From Blastocladiella emersonii ATCC 22665 (taxonomy: Eukaryota > Fungi > Blastocladiomycota), in contig JANHCV010000001.1 in the NCBI GenBank assembly GCA_025594325.1, forward strand, positions 558,001 to 622,000: DNA of 64,000 nt, read 5' to 3'. A model generated the notes under the pieces. It saw only the letters and a list, made by a program, of their open reading frames with translations. It did not search any database and was not told the origin of the DNA. Positions 51,226 to 62,980 of the stretch are shown in pieces; the stretch's first letter is position 1; each line of letters begins with the position of its first letter. Both the position numbers and the translations under genes were made by a program.

Positions 51226-52097
51226 GGCGGAAGCGGAGAAGCGCGCGAGCGGGGCAAAATGTTGGCAGTCTGATGGCGTGCAAGAACTGGCAGGGAAGTT
51301 GCCCAAAGTTACATCAGTTTTGCGTAGTGGGGCGGTGAAATGTTGTGAGGGGAGCGGGAGAGAGCGAGGCGACGTGTGGTAACTTGATGGGACGCGTCAC
51401 GTCGCCGCGGTGCCCGCAAGTGGTGCAATCAGCTGACGGTGGCCAATCGCTTCTCCCTTGTCGTTGCTGCTCTCTTGAGCATTCCCATCATGCTCGCAGA
51501 TCCGGAAAATGATTCCGTTTGGATCCATGTAATCGAGTTGCGAGTGGCAATCAATGCGGACTGGACACTCCTGTTGCCACCTTTGCCGCAGACCGAGGGT
51601 TTTCACATCAACACGGTGCTGGCCATGGCACCATGCCAGGTAATCCAATCAAGGACATGACTTAGGGACTCTCCCCTTTGCCAATTTCTCGGCCAGGTTC
51701 TGGATCCCTCCGTAACAGCTCAGTCCCGCTTGGCCAACCATGCTCCTCCCGCCGCGAGTATGCTTTCATGGTCAGCTGTCCGCGGCCGTAGCTATAGCCA
51801 GCGGGGAGCTATCCGCGGCGAGTAAGCCCAAAGCATCACAGCGTCCTGGAGCGGCTCGCGGCTGAGTCTGCCGAGTTTAAGATGGCGCACCGTGTTGCGG
51901 ATGAGGACACGCTGCTGACTTGTCCTAGTCGCTTGTTGAGGGCGCCACATTGTCCCAGGGATCTGAAACGAGCGCAAACACGTGAAAGGTCACCCATCTA
52001 GTGCGGGCCACTGAGTAGCCAAACAAGATTCTGGTGAGCTACCACCTTCTGGGAATGATGTAAGGAGTGATCTGACTTGGGTTCGCGTCTCGTACTT

Positions 52098-55000
52098 TCT
52101 CAGCTGTAGCTGAGTTTCCGTGGGAGAAATTTGAAGCTATCAGGCACATCAACCTTCACGTGGGACTCAGCTTCGTCTGCAGTTCTGCCCCCCCCCCCCA
52201 ACTCCAACCCTCAAATGCTGACTGACTCTGATTCCGGGTCCCCAACTCCCCGCATTGGCCCCAGCTCAATTTAATAAAACTTCTGATACCACTCATTCTA
52301 TATAATGACCTGCATGGACGACCTCGAGTGCACGACAAACTGGAGCGACAGTGGAGCTGTCGGTCGCTGCTGTCTCTGTAAGGGTGAGGGTCCCAAGGGT
52401 GGTTTGACGGGCGAGTATTACGTGGGTAATAAATGGTCTTGTTCCATGAGGAGCGAGGACCGGGCGGACCGCTCCTCCGGCTTATGAATCAATCACAAAC
52501 AGACACGTCCAAGACAGGAAACCGGTGACGCCACTTGCGCCGCGGTCCGCGTGCGCGTTGCGCTACACCTGTCACGCTGCGTCGTGACACTATCCCCCTC
52601 TCCCCCCCCGAGGTCTGTCACGGAGGTCGGGATTGAGGATCGGGGTGCGTCACGACGACGTGATGGACTGTGCGCCGTGGTTGCGCAATGATCGGGTTGG
52701 GTCGCCACCTCACACGGGATCGGGTGCGCCATGAGGTGCAACGTGATGGTCGGGTTGGGTACTGGTCAGGTACTGGTCGGGTACTGGAACGTGTTCTTGG
52801 TCTTGGTCGAGCGCGGATCCGGTGGCTCAATCTGGTGCACGCATTGTGCCGGGTATTGGTACGCGTTGATCATGGGCTGGATCTGGTCTGCAAACCCGGT
52901 CGGGTTGAGGTTGCACTGCTTGGTCTTGTTGACGCACTTGACGTTGTGTCGATCGTCTTCTTGAGCGTGAGCCAGCACCAGATGTCGAAGGCCATCTCGA
53001 CGAGCACAAAGATTGGGTACCACGCGTCGAGGTGGTAGGCGAGCTGCGGGTCAAGGATGCGGTTGAGCGTCGGCTGCGGCTTGAGCACGGTGATGGCGAT
53101 GGCAACAACAACGTGTCCTTGAACGTGAGCGACACGTTGAGCGTGAACTTGGTGACGATGAAGGCGACGACTTGCCCGTGAACTCGATCGGCGAGTCGCG
53201 CGTGAACTTGATGATGACAATGACGTGGCCATGAACTCGGCCGACATGTTGTCTGTGAACTTGAACGTGAGTACCGAGCACAGCGGCGCGTGCGTGGCCC
53301 GCGGATCGAGACGAACGTGTCAGGCGACTGCTACGAGTTGGGCGACTTCTTGAACCACGAAAGCTGCAACCCGTGTTGCAGCCCATGCCGGTGCGCGGCG
53401 CGTGCCGTGGCCCGTGGTCCGAGACGAGCGTGTTGGGCGACTGATACGGGTCAGGCGACATCTTGAACCACGTCTGCTGCGACCCGTGTCGCAGCCCGTG
53501 CTGGTACTTGGTCATCTTCTGCTGCTGCGCATCTCGTACTTGTTGAGGTGCAGGCCGTGGACCGTCGCCACGCCTGCCGGTCGGCCCCGCGACCATTGAT
53601 GTACTTGGACGTGTTCTCGCCGTCCTTCGCACGGCGCCCCATCCCCCTCCTAACAGCCGACGCCCTCGTCGGCCTCGGCCCCATGGCCCAGCGTCGGCGA
53701 TGGTGGGTGGTCTGGAGCAAGGAGTGGGCGCCGTCAAGCGGATCTGGTAGTTGTTGAAGGCCTGCAAGAGATGGCCGCGGATCTTGCGCGACTCGTTCCC
53801 GCAGGGGTTCGCGACGAGGAACAGGAACTCGGTGATCGGAAAAAACGAGGGCCACAACTCAATGTCGGCGGCCTCAAAGCACTTGATCGTGGCGCCCAGT
53901 CGGCGCCCTTGGTCTTGATGAAGTGCACGGCGTGCGCAAGCTTGGTCTCGGCGAAGCTGCACAGCGCCTGCATGTTGTTGGCGTCCGCAGCGCCCGCGTG
54001 TTGTTGGCGTCCGCGACGCCCTTGTGGTCTCAGCGTCTGCGACGCCCTCGGTCTTGGCGTCCATGTGCGACGCCAGCTTGGTCTCGGCGTCCAGGCGCGA
54101 CGCCCGCGCGCAACGCCTGCGTGTTCTTGGCGTCCGCAACGATGCCTGTGGACTCGGCGCCCTTGAACTCGGCGCCTGTGGACTGGTGGTGCCGGCCGAC
54201 CGCCGCGATCTCGGCGGTCTCAAACGACGCCCGTGGTCTTGATCATCCCTTGATACCGATGCCTTCAATCTCGATGCCCATGGTGTTGGCGCGACGTAGC
54301 CCAACAACTGCAGGCGTACGTCTCGGCGCGTTACGGCCCGCCGCCAGCGTGTACGTTTCGGTGCGTCATCGCCCGACAAGCGCAGGTGCGCGTCTTGGTG
54401 CAAATCCATGCCCAACGACCAGGTGCACGTGCGCATCTCGGCGCGACGAGGCCGACTGACGTTCCCGTACACGGCTCGGCGCCGTACAGCCCGACAACAA
54501 CAGGTGCACGTCTTAGCTCCATGCCGACCGTCAACCATGGTGCGTGTGTCTCGGCGTGGGGTCGCGTGGAGTTGGCGGGGGACCACAAGCGTGAGCACCA
54601 CCACGACGACTCGCCGCCCGCCGGCCGCGCAGCGCGACCGCAGGCGGGCCCTCGGCGGCGACAACGACTGCTTGGGGATCCGGGAAGCTGCTGTCAACGC
54701 CGTGGGCGGCTGCGAGTTGAGCCTGACGGGTCGCCCGTCTTGCCACCGGTGGGGAGGGGGTGACGGAACAAAGTGTAAGGGTGAGGGTCCCAAGGGTGGT
54801 TCGACGGGCGAGTATTACGTGGGTAATAAATGGTCTTGTTCCGTGAGGAGCGAGGACCGGGCGGACCGCTCCTCCGGCTTATGAATCAATCACAAACAGA
54901 CACGTCCAAGACAGGAAACCGGTGACGCCACTTGCGCCGCGGTCCGCGTGCGCGTTGCGCTACACCTGTCACGCTGCGTCGTGACAGTCTCCCACTGCTG

Positions 55001-56788
55001 CGCCACCCGCTGAGCCACCTGCTGAGCCACCCGCTGAGCCACCCGCTGAGCCACACCGCTCTCCAACCACGCCTGCAGCTCTGTCGCCAACCACGACGAC
55101 CGCTTCCAAACAACGGTCAACGCAGTTTCACGGTTGCGCAAAAATCGTTATGAAACTGCCGGGGCAAAAAATAATGGTGTCTCTCTTTCCATTGGTTCCC
55201 CAAACTAACGCCCAACGTTGTTCCAATTATGCAGCCTTTGGCTTGTCTCGTTGAACACAAAAAATGTTGAGATATTGTGAATCGTCCGATTACCGAGGTA
55301 TATAAGGTCATGGCTCTTGGTCGCCGTTTGCAAGGGAATGATTTCATTGTTGGCGATGGCTAGCGTCTACAAAACAATTTCTGGGGGACAGCGATGATGC
55401 GACGTACATACTGAGTGGAGAGAACTCAACCCGCACGCGGCAAGGCAAGAACGATGGTGCGACGCAACCCCAAAGCATAGGTTTCAGACGGTGAACGCAG
55501 CGTTGAGGATCCACGACCACGACTGGATCACGCCTGCGAACCGACCCTAACCCGGCGACAAAAAAAGCAGGTTCAGCAGCGTCAGGAGTGTACGCGTCTA
55601 TTGTATCGTACTGAAAGTAGTCAGCCGCGAATTAATCAAGGTTGACTCTTCGATTGCTCAATATGCGCGCCAGACCACTCAGCACGACCATTCACCACAC
55701 CGCATCATGCAGATCGGCCCTTGCAACAACACTCTTTGGTTTGTGTACGCGCACCTGTACCTCTCGTCCAAGGAGTGAAAGCGGCTGCACAACTCTTTTA
55801 CAGGCCAGCGTCTTGTTGACAAGGTCTTGGGCAATGCGCACATGCACATCTAAAACGTGATTGACGTCAATGATGGGCCCTACGTTGAGGTCACCTTGGG
55901 CTCGGCCCTGATCGCTGGTCAGACGTCGGCCGCCTGCGACAAGATCCTCACGGCGACGCTCATTGCGTTCCGCTCAAGCAGCACCGGCCAGCGCACAAGT
56001 TAAGGTGACGGCCATCCCATCATCTTCATGGGCGCTGCGGCGCTCAGCAAACACCTCTACCGCAATCTGTACACGCTCAATCTGAAGGTCGGCGACATCC
56101 AGTTCATGCACTGTGGCGCTTCGCGTCGTTGTCCAAATGATCCAATTTTTCAACAACCTTCCTGCCCACTGCGGCGCACCGCTTTTGCTCCCCAAGGTGC
56201 GCGTCCACCCAGCGACCATCACCAATGCGCACCTGACCTTGGGCTTCGCAACCGCAGCGTCCTCCGTTGTGAAAGGTGCTGGCGATGCAGCCTCAGACCG
56301 ATTTGGCGATGTGGACCACAAGAAATGGTATTGCGCCAACCAAGATGCTGTATGACCAGCGCCACGCGCTGCACTGATATTGCAGCGGAACGGGCGCGTG
56401 AGTTGACTGGTGCTTTGACTGAGTCCCATGGGCCGACACCATGACCGGGTGCTTGAAAACCTGACGCCGCAGGCAAGCTGCGGTTGGGAACAAGACGGCG
56501 TGGGCAGCCCGCGACTTTGGCCGCAAGGGTCGCTCCCGCTCATTAATTTCGCCAACTGGCACGAATTCTTGGGCCACTAGCGCGGCATGTATGGGTCCAG
56601 TCTCACATTCGACCATTGACTACGGCTTTGAGTGCTTGGTCAATTGAGTAACGCGATGCTTCGCGATCATGGCGCTCATGACCGTGGTCATGTTGGCCAT
56701 GGACGCTTACCTGCCACGCGCGTTGAACCTGCGCCGTTGCTCTCATCTACAGCTGAGACCCAAGTGTGTGCGCAGCACACACACGTAG
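52098..56788 (+). mobile_element. Candidate Helitron2/Helentron-like element, long copy, interrupted by an LTR element
   Basis: 5' hairpin CTCAGCT-GT-AGCTGAG; 3' CTACAGCTGAGA (56747-56758) followed by an 8-bp hairpin GTGTGTGC-GCA-GCACACAC; last ~650 bp about 75% similar to 44430-45110. Confidence 0.5.
52377..54986 (-). mobile_element. Non-autonomous LTR retroelement, 2,610 bp
   Basis: 213-bp TG...CA LTRs (52377-52589, 54774-54986) differing at 2 positions; 5-bp TSD GTCTC (52372-52376, 54987-54991); polypurine tract GGGGGGGGAGAGGGGGATAG on the minus strand next to 52590; no gag/pol motifs seen. Confidence 0.92.
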
Positions 56789-57371
56789 TGTAGTTTAAGA
56801 GAAGAAGAGCTGAGCATATGACAGTCAAAAGTGGAATAGTTGTGTGCACGGGACCGGGCGTATAGGCGAAAAAAACCTATGTAAATCGAATTGTTCAAGA
56901 CGCCACACAATGATGCTTCATATGGTTCAAGTCTAGTTGCATAGAGTTCGAGAATAGATTGTATTGGAGAACTTTGAGATAATCGAGGAGAAGCTAATTC
57001 GAGCGCAACAAAAACGCGACGCGTCGCAGCGTGTGGTCACGTTACACCAGAAACCCCAGCTTGAGCGCAAATTTAGTTTGACAGAAACTCAGCCTACTGC
57101 TGAAAACGAGTAAAGCCCGTCCCCCTCACTCCGCTAGTGAGGGGCAATCTGGCTGGTCAAGACGCAGATGAATATGGCTTGAGTTGGTTACGCAGCCATA
57201 GCTGGTGCGTGGGCTAAGCGAGGAGAGCCTCCAGCTGCAGTTTAGGGAGTCACCGAGTTCGAGTCCCGTTTCAGGAGGTTGAATCGTGCGGTAGTGACAG
57301 ATTCTAGAGATCAATCCCCTGCAGCTGTTTCGAGGCGTGCCAAGCGAAGCAACAATTCCGGGCTGGCAAAC

Positions 57372-57413
<42 letters not shown>
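57372..57413. repeat. Microsatellite (TTTTCG)x7
   Basis: Seven perfect hexamer units. Confidence 0.95.
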
Positions 57414-57417
<4 letters not shown>

Positions 57418-57966
57418 AGCGATCGCCTTGGCGAAGTTGGCAAAATAGTTGCAGCTGAGGTCCTGCTCTCGGTCCCAGGCCCTTGTGTGATACGCTGGAT
57501 GGCAGCGGGCCCAAAACGATGGCTGACATGATCCGAAAGGAGGCAAACAACAAGGGAAACAGTCAATAACTGTGGTGGCGGAAGTACGTGACCTTTTGTA
57601 TTATGAGGTTTTGGATGGAAACTGCCACTGCAAACCAGGAGTGCGGGTTACACAACCACACACAATTTGCTGTGATGGCGATAGCCTTACGCTAGTAGCA
57701 ATCAAAAGAGCAGGGAGTTCACCTGCACACAGTGAAAAGGCACCTCAGTTAGCGGTCGCCACTATCCCCTAACCGTGGGTTAGTGTTGGTTTAGGAGAGT
57801 TAGTGGCCGTAGTTGATGGTTAGCGATGGTTTGAAAGTTGACCGGGTTTAGTCGAGATTTAGTGGTAGGGTTAGCGTGATCAAACTACTAACTACCGTTG
57901 TTTAGCTTAGTAACCTTGGTTCGTGGGGCATGGTTAGGCAATGAACCCCTCTCAGTTAGTAGCAAG

Positions 57967-60900
57967 CATTGGAAATCCGGGCCTTGCGAATTTGCGGCCA
58001 ATTTACATGGTTTGGAGGCAAATTTTAAACCTGAGCAAATTTGCACCAAATTGAGCGGCGGCCCGCGGTTCGGCTAGGACAGCAAATTTGCAACCAATTG
58101 CCGTTCAATCTGCTGCGACTTGATGGCAGATTTGATGGCCAATTGGTGAGGCGAGCAACCCGGTTGGTGCACGAATTGATGGCATATTCTCAAGATGGGG
58201 ACTGCGCTTTGGTGCAAATTTGCGAGTGTATTGCGTGCGGAGGATCTCAGATACAGGTCAGGGCGCCACCGCCGCGGTTCGCGCGGCGTGCGAGTCAGAA
58301 TCCCGCCCCGTGCGCGACGAAGATACACGACAAGCAGGTACCCGAGCGGACCGCAGACGCCGTCGCCAGCACCAGGTCTCCGCACTCGGAACCGCCGCCC
58401 GTGACCCAAACCGCGTGCGCGTCGCGCTTGCTGCGATCCGCGGTCAGGTCGCGCCACGACGCCGAGTACAGAAACCGGCCGGGCGAGATGGTTGTCAGAG
58501 ATCGCTGCTACAAGCAAGAAAGGTCCGAGAGCTCATGTGAGTCGCGCTGCGCCTCGAGCGGCGTGTGACGAGGGCGTACCGAGTCGCCTCGAATACGGCG
58601 CCGTACAGCTTGCGGATGCTGCGCGCCAGTTGTTCATCCGTTGAGAGGCGGCGGGTCGATAGTGTAGCGAGAGACCAGTGGATCACGAGGGGCTACGAGG
58701 AGCAATGCGAGCGAGCATGTCAGTCGCGCGCCAACTCTTGCGCAGCGACGAGAAGTGTCAAGCGTACCTGCGACTGGGACTTGACGCACGCGGTGGCCGC
58801 GGTCGAACCGCTTGAGCGAGCCTGTCGGCGCTACTGGCGCGAGCGTGCAGCGTGAGTGCATGAGACACGCGGAGACGGCGTACCGTCGCGAGCGAGGCTG
58901 GCTCGATGGTCTCAGGTCCATGAGTCGGCAAATGTCGAGTCCCTGGCGGCGGACGCGCGCCGGCGGCTACATGGGCACCGCACAGGTGTCAGCACCTTTG
59001 ACGAGCGCGCACGCGGCTGCTAGCCCGGTGGGGTCCCCTTGCGCTGCGCCGTGCTGCGCCCGAGGAACGAGCGCGGCGGAGCCCGCGTACGACGGTGCGC
59101 ACGCGCGGCAGCGACGACACCGCTGGTCTCACAGCGCGTCGTCGACGCGCCGGAGCAGAGTGTGAAGGGCACCACACCGGGCGCACCGCCACGGGAGCGC
59201 AACACGACGGTCGGCGCGATGGGAGCCAAGCGCGCGGCGGCGCGATGGGAGCCAAGCGCGCGGCGGCGGGCGCGGCAGCAGGATGTGACGCGTACCTGTT
59301 GACGGTGGCCGCGTGGTTGCCGCGCGTCGAGATCGTAGTGTGCTTCTTTGGTGGACGGGTGATACATTGCAGCGAGTGGTGATGAGCGAGAGAGCGGGGA
59401 CCGACCGCGGCGCGGCGAAGAGTCACTCGCTCGCCCGACGTCGGCTCGCGGCAAGGTCCAAGCCAAGCTGTGTCTCGTGCGGGTCACCGCACACGTGTTT
59501 TCGCGACGCGTCTCGCGCCCCGTCTCGCAACCCGCCGTGCCACGACTCTCGCTCAGTTTCGCTAGCCTTGAAACGCGCGGTTAAAAAAAAAAAAAAAAAA
59601 AACGACAAGCCGCACTTGAAAGCAGGACTGCGAGGGGAGGAGGGAGGAATAGGGCAAGCACGACGCGTTCCGGGTCGTGACGCGGCCGCGCGGTTACTCC
59701 CTTTGTTCTCGAGTCGATCAAAGCTTAGATGTTGGTTAGGGTTTGGAAGCGACGAGACCCTTGTCATGACAGTTGCTGGGGTCGCACCTCGCCGTTCCAT
59801 CCCGCGCATTCGTGTCCACAGCGAGCGCCCACCGTTTCCTTCATGAACAGGGGCCAAGAAGCGAGCCGGGTCTGATAACCGTGTCACAGTCGTACGAACA
59901 GACCAAGAGCGAGCTCATGCCTTCTGCTCTCTTGCCTGCGCGACGACAGCCGGATGTTACGGATGCGGCTGGACTCAGCCGCACGAGAGCGAGTACCAAG
60001 CACATCGCAGCGGCCGGATCGCACCGCAGCTCACGCGAGGTTCTCAAGCGAGCCGCAAAGGTCATTCATCGCGTTTTGAGAGGATCTTGCGCCTGAACGA
60101 GCTCGCAAGCCAAGCGTGAGCGGACGTGGCCAGCGTGCGGTGGCGTCGGACGATGGAGTTCACACGCCCGCCACAGCTAGCTGACTTGCTCCCTCCACCT
60201 TCCGGGCATATTTTACGCATGCTACAGATACCACTTGATGCAATGTAATTAACCCATGTACTTCTTCCTATTTGCGCTTGGTTTATGTATTCTTGCGCGA
60301 TTCGAGCGCCGCGCCGAACCCGTAACACAGGCACCGCCAGCCGCTGACGAGCCGCGCCTGTCTCTCCCAGCGCATCAGAAGTCATGTCCGCTTTTGATTT
60401 GACCGCCGGCAGCTTCATCTAGTTGATAGGACCGCTCGCCAAGTCGGAGACCCGCCCTTGAGTGACGAACAGAATGTCGCCTACTGATCCATGACTCTAC
60501 TATGAAGCTGGAAACGTTCACGTCGCGTTTCAACTCTAAAAGCGTCGCGTGGCAGATAGTGAAGCTCGATCACGCGGTGTTACATGTTCTACCAGCGTCA
60601 GAGGCAGCTTGGGCATGGCCGTTCCGCGACCCTGTGTTCAAGCAAAGGAATAGCACCATTCGCAACTTTCTGAAGTGGCCTTTGATGCGTTCCAGGCGCT
60701 CAATCGCACCGACTGGATTGCATGCACCTCATTCAAGTCTGGAAAGATTTGCAACGTGCCGGTTCAGCGCCGTGGACGTGCTTCACTGGTTGAGCGACCG
60801 TCCCGTACGCTCTCGCAGAAGCGCTGACTTGTGCGCAAGTTAAGTACCAGGGCTCACCAGCTTTACTCGAGGCTGGCAATTGTTCTCCATTCGTGCTACC

Positions 60901-61707
60901 GGAAGCGGTCCTTCACTCGCTCGCTCTCGTCAACTTGTACGAATCGGGCCAGTATGCGGCCACGTACAAACAATTGAAGAAAATCAACTTTTTTTGGCCG
61001 CTTGGCCTGCCGCGCCGGTAGGCGTCCACCTAATAAGCTCGATCCGCGAGCGCAATCCGCAACAGCATGCGTGCCGCAAACCCCTTCAGGCGAACATAGG
61101 TTTCGCCCTCTTTAAACTGCAATCCCGGCCAGGAGACCAAGTTTATCTACCGAGGTAGAGGTAGTTGACCAGTTTGCCGCCAGGAGAAAGCCTTTTTACC
61201 CTCTGGATTGGATGCTGTCCTCGATTTGCGACCCCATGAATTCAAACAGTGTCTATCGTTTCCGTGCTCCTCTGAGCGCTAAATATATTTCCGCGAGTCA
61301 CATCCTTCACTCCGTTGCGCAGGAACGACTTTCGAGGTTAGCTTCTTGAATCAACCCTGGCGGTGTGTTAGCGTTGAGAATCCGATCGCCATTTTTTTCT
61401 TGACACCCGGCTTCCAACCACCCCAACGCTTAAGTATCTCTTTTGTAGCTCTTAGCACGGTCAGTCCATCACCTTCGAGAACAGCGCAATCGACTGAGCC
61501 GTTGTGATGAAAAGTCCAACTTACTTCAAGGGCGACTATAACCACCACGACCACCAGCAAAAAATCCCCCTGACCTCACCCATCACGCTCATGTATCGCA
61601 TTCACCAGAAATCCTGATATGCGATTTCGACCCTCACCCGACCCGGCCCAAGAATTGAGTGCAAATTTGCAGCTGGCCGCACAATTTGTGATCCGCGATT
61701 TCCGATG
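57967..61707. mobile_element. Element C, right (inverted) copy
   Basis: Termini CATTGGAAATC and GATTTCCGATG; 57973-61352 is the reverse complement of 4407-7786; the outer ~355 bp is diverged from 4043-4406. Confidence 0.85.
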
Positions 61708-62039
61708 CTGTTTTTCACGGCGCCCGCCTGAGCCACGTTGAACAATAGCAGCACCTCAAGCGGCGATCTGCTTGGCAAAAATACACCGGCAGATTTGGAC
61801 TTGCCGCGTGCGCAATGTGCGTTCTTTCCTGGAAAGAGCAACGCAACTGTGACAATGCGACAGGGGCAGTGCGTTAACAGCTTCCGCAGGAGTTGGAGCG
61901 AGAATCTGTGGATGCTGCCAGCAATCAACACTCGAACTCGGACTCAAAGCTCCTGGGGGTCAGCCTGATGCGGTTTTTGGGGTCGTGCAAGTCAGCAACA
62001 ACTTCATAGACAGTACGCTGAGAAGCGGGGTCAAGGTCA

Positions 62040-62300
62040 TTGGAGCTCATGTCCATGTCGTGCTTTGAAAAGCGCAGCGGCCGACCGCGCAAAGTGGCAA
62101 GGCTCGAACGGCGAATCCACACGAGAACAGATTTCGCCCACGGCACAAATTCGAGGACGTGGCTCGCACGGGCGACGCGTAACTTTTCACGGCACCCATG
62201 CGAGCCATTTCAAAGGAAGGCACGGTGGAAGCGAAAACCGTCTTGGAGGAATGAGACAACGATGTCGATTGGAGAAAGCCATTTCACGGCTCCAGAATAG
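62040..62300 (-). pseudogene. Coding remnant paralogous to 8880-9060
   Basis: REKLRVARASHVLEFVPWAKSVL, with stops upstream. Confidence 0.5.
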
Positions 62301-62980
62301 TTGATCGATGAAGAGGCTTAGGCGTGAAACTCGTACATGGTCCAGTGATTGAGAGTCGGCTCTGCAGCGAGTGATCACGAGTGCTTGGAAGTCGCGCTCC
62401 TGAACCTCTCGAACTGGCTGCGCGTTGAGTAACAGCAGGCCCTTGTGAGATTGCCAGTATTCGGGCAGCAGAGTTGAAGGGCGTGCCAAAGCGCTCGTGG
62501 CGGTGGTTCACCACGTCGGCCAGCAGCAAGTCCGTCAGCATTCCGTCGCTGGCGTTAAGCAAGTGCGCGAGATGTCTTGGGTTCGCAGCAAAGTCAAAAT
62601 CAAGATCGGACAGCGTGCGAAAATTTGGCGCGTTCCAGGTGGCAACGGTGTCGCTGTCACGGTTTGGACATTGGGCGAGAAAAGCTGACTCGAGTGAAGC
62701 ATCGCAGCGCCATGCGCTCCGAGCGAAGCGTGATCCATGGGTGCAAGAAGGTCATAGGATGCCGTTGCACCCAGTTAAATGCATGAGCTATCATTTCTAG
62801 GAGCGGGTGGGGAGCCTGCTCGGGGAGACCGCGTCGACTCGAAGTGGGCGGCAACGCGCCGCTCGCGCGGGAGTCACTTGCACGCCGAAATGACCAACGC
62901 GTCTGTCCGCTCACCTCAACCGGGCTCCTGATAGTTGAAAACGGCTGTTATCTATTACTGTGCACACGGCACCTTCACCA

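Noticed and set aside
53051-54793. 580-aa ORF as a gag/pol polyprotein
   Set aside because: No ATG start, and no zinc knuckle, protease, RT (YxDD) or integrase motifs; the coding-like patches lie in several frames.
57200-57280. tRNA gene suggested by GTTCGAGTCCC
   Set aside because: No A-box/D-arm or acceptor stem pairing could be built.
57770-57966. Telomere or interstitial telomeric array
   Set aside because: TTAG/GGTTAG motifs are scattered and imperfect, not tandem TTAGGG.
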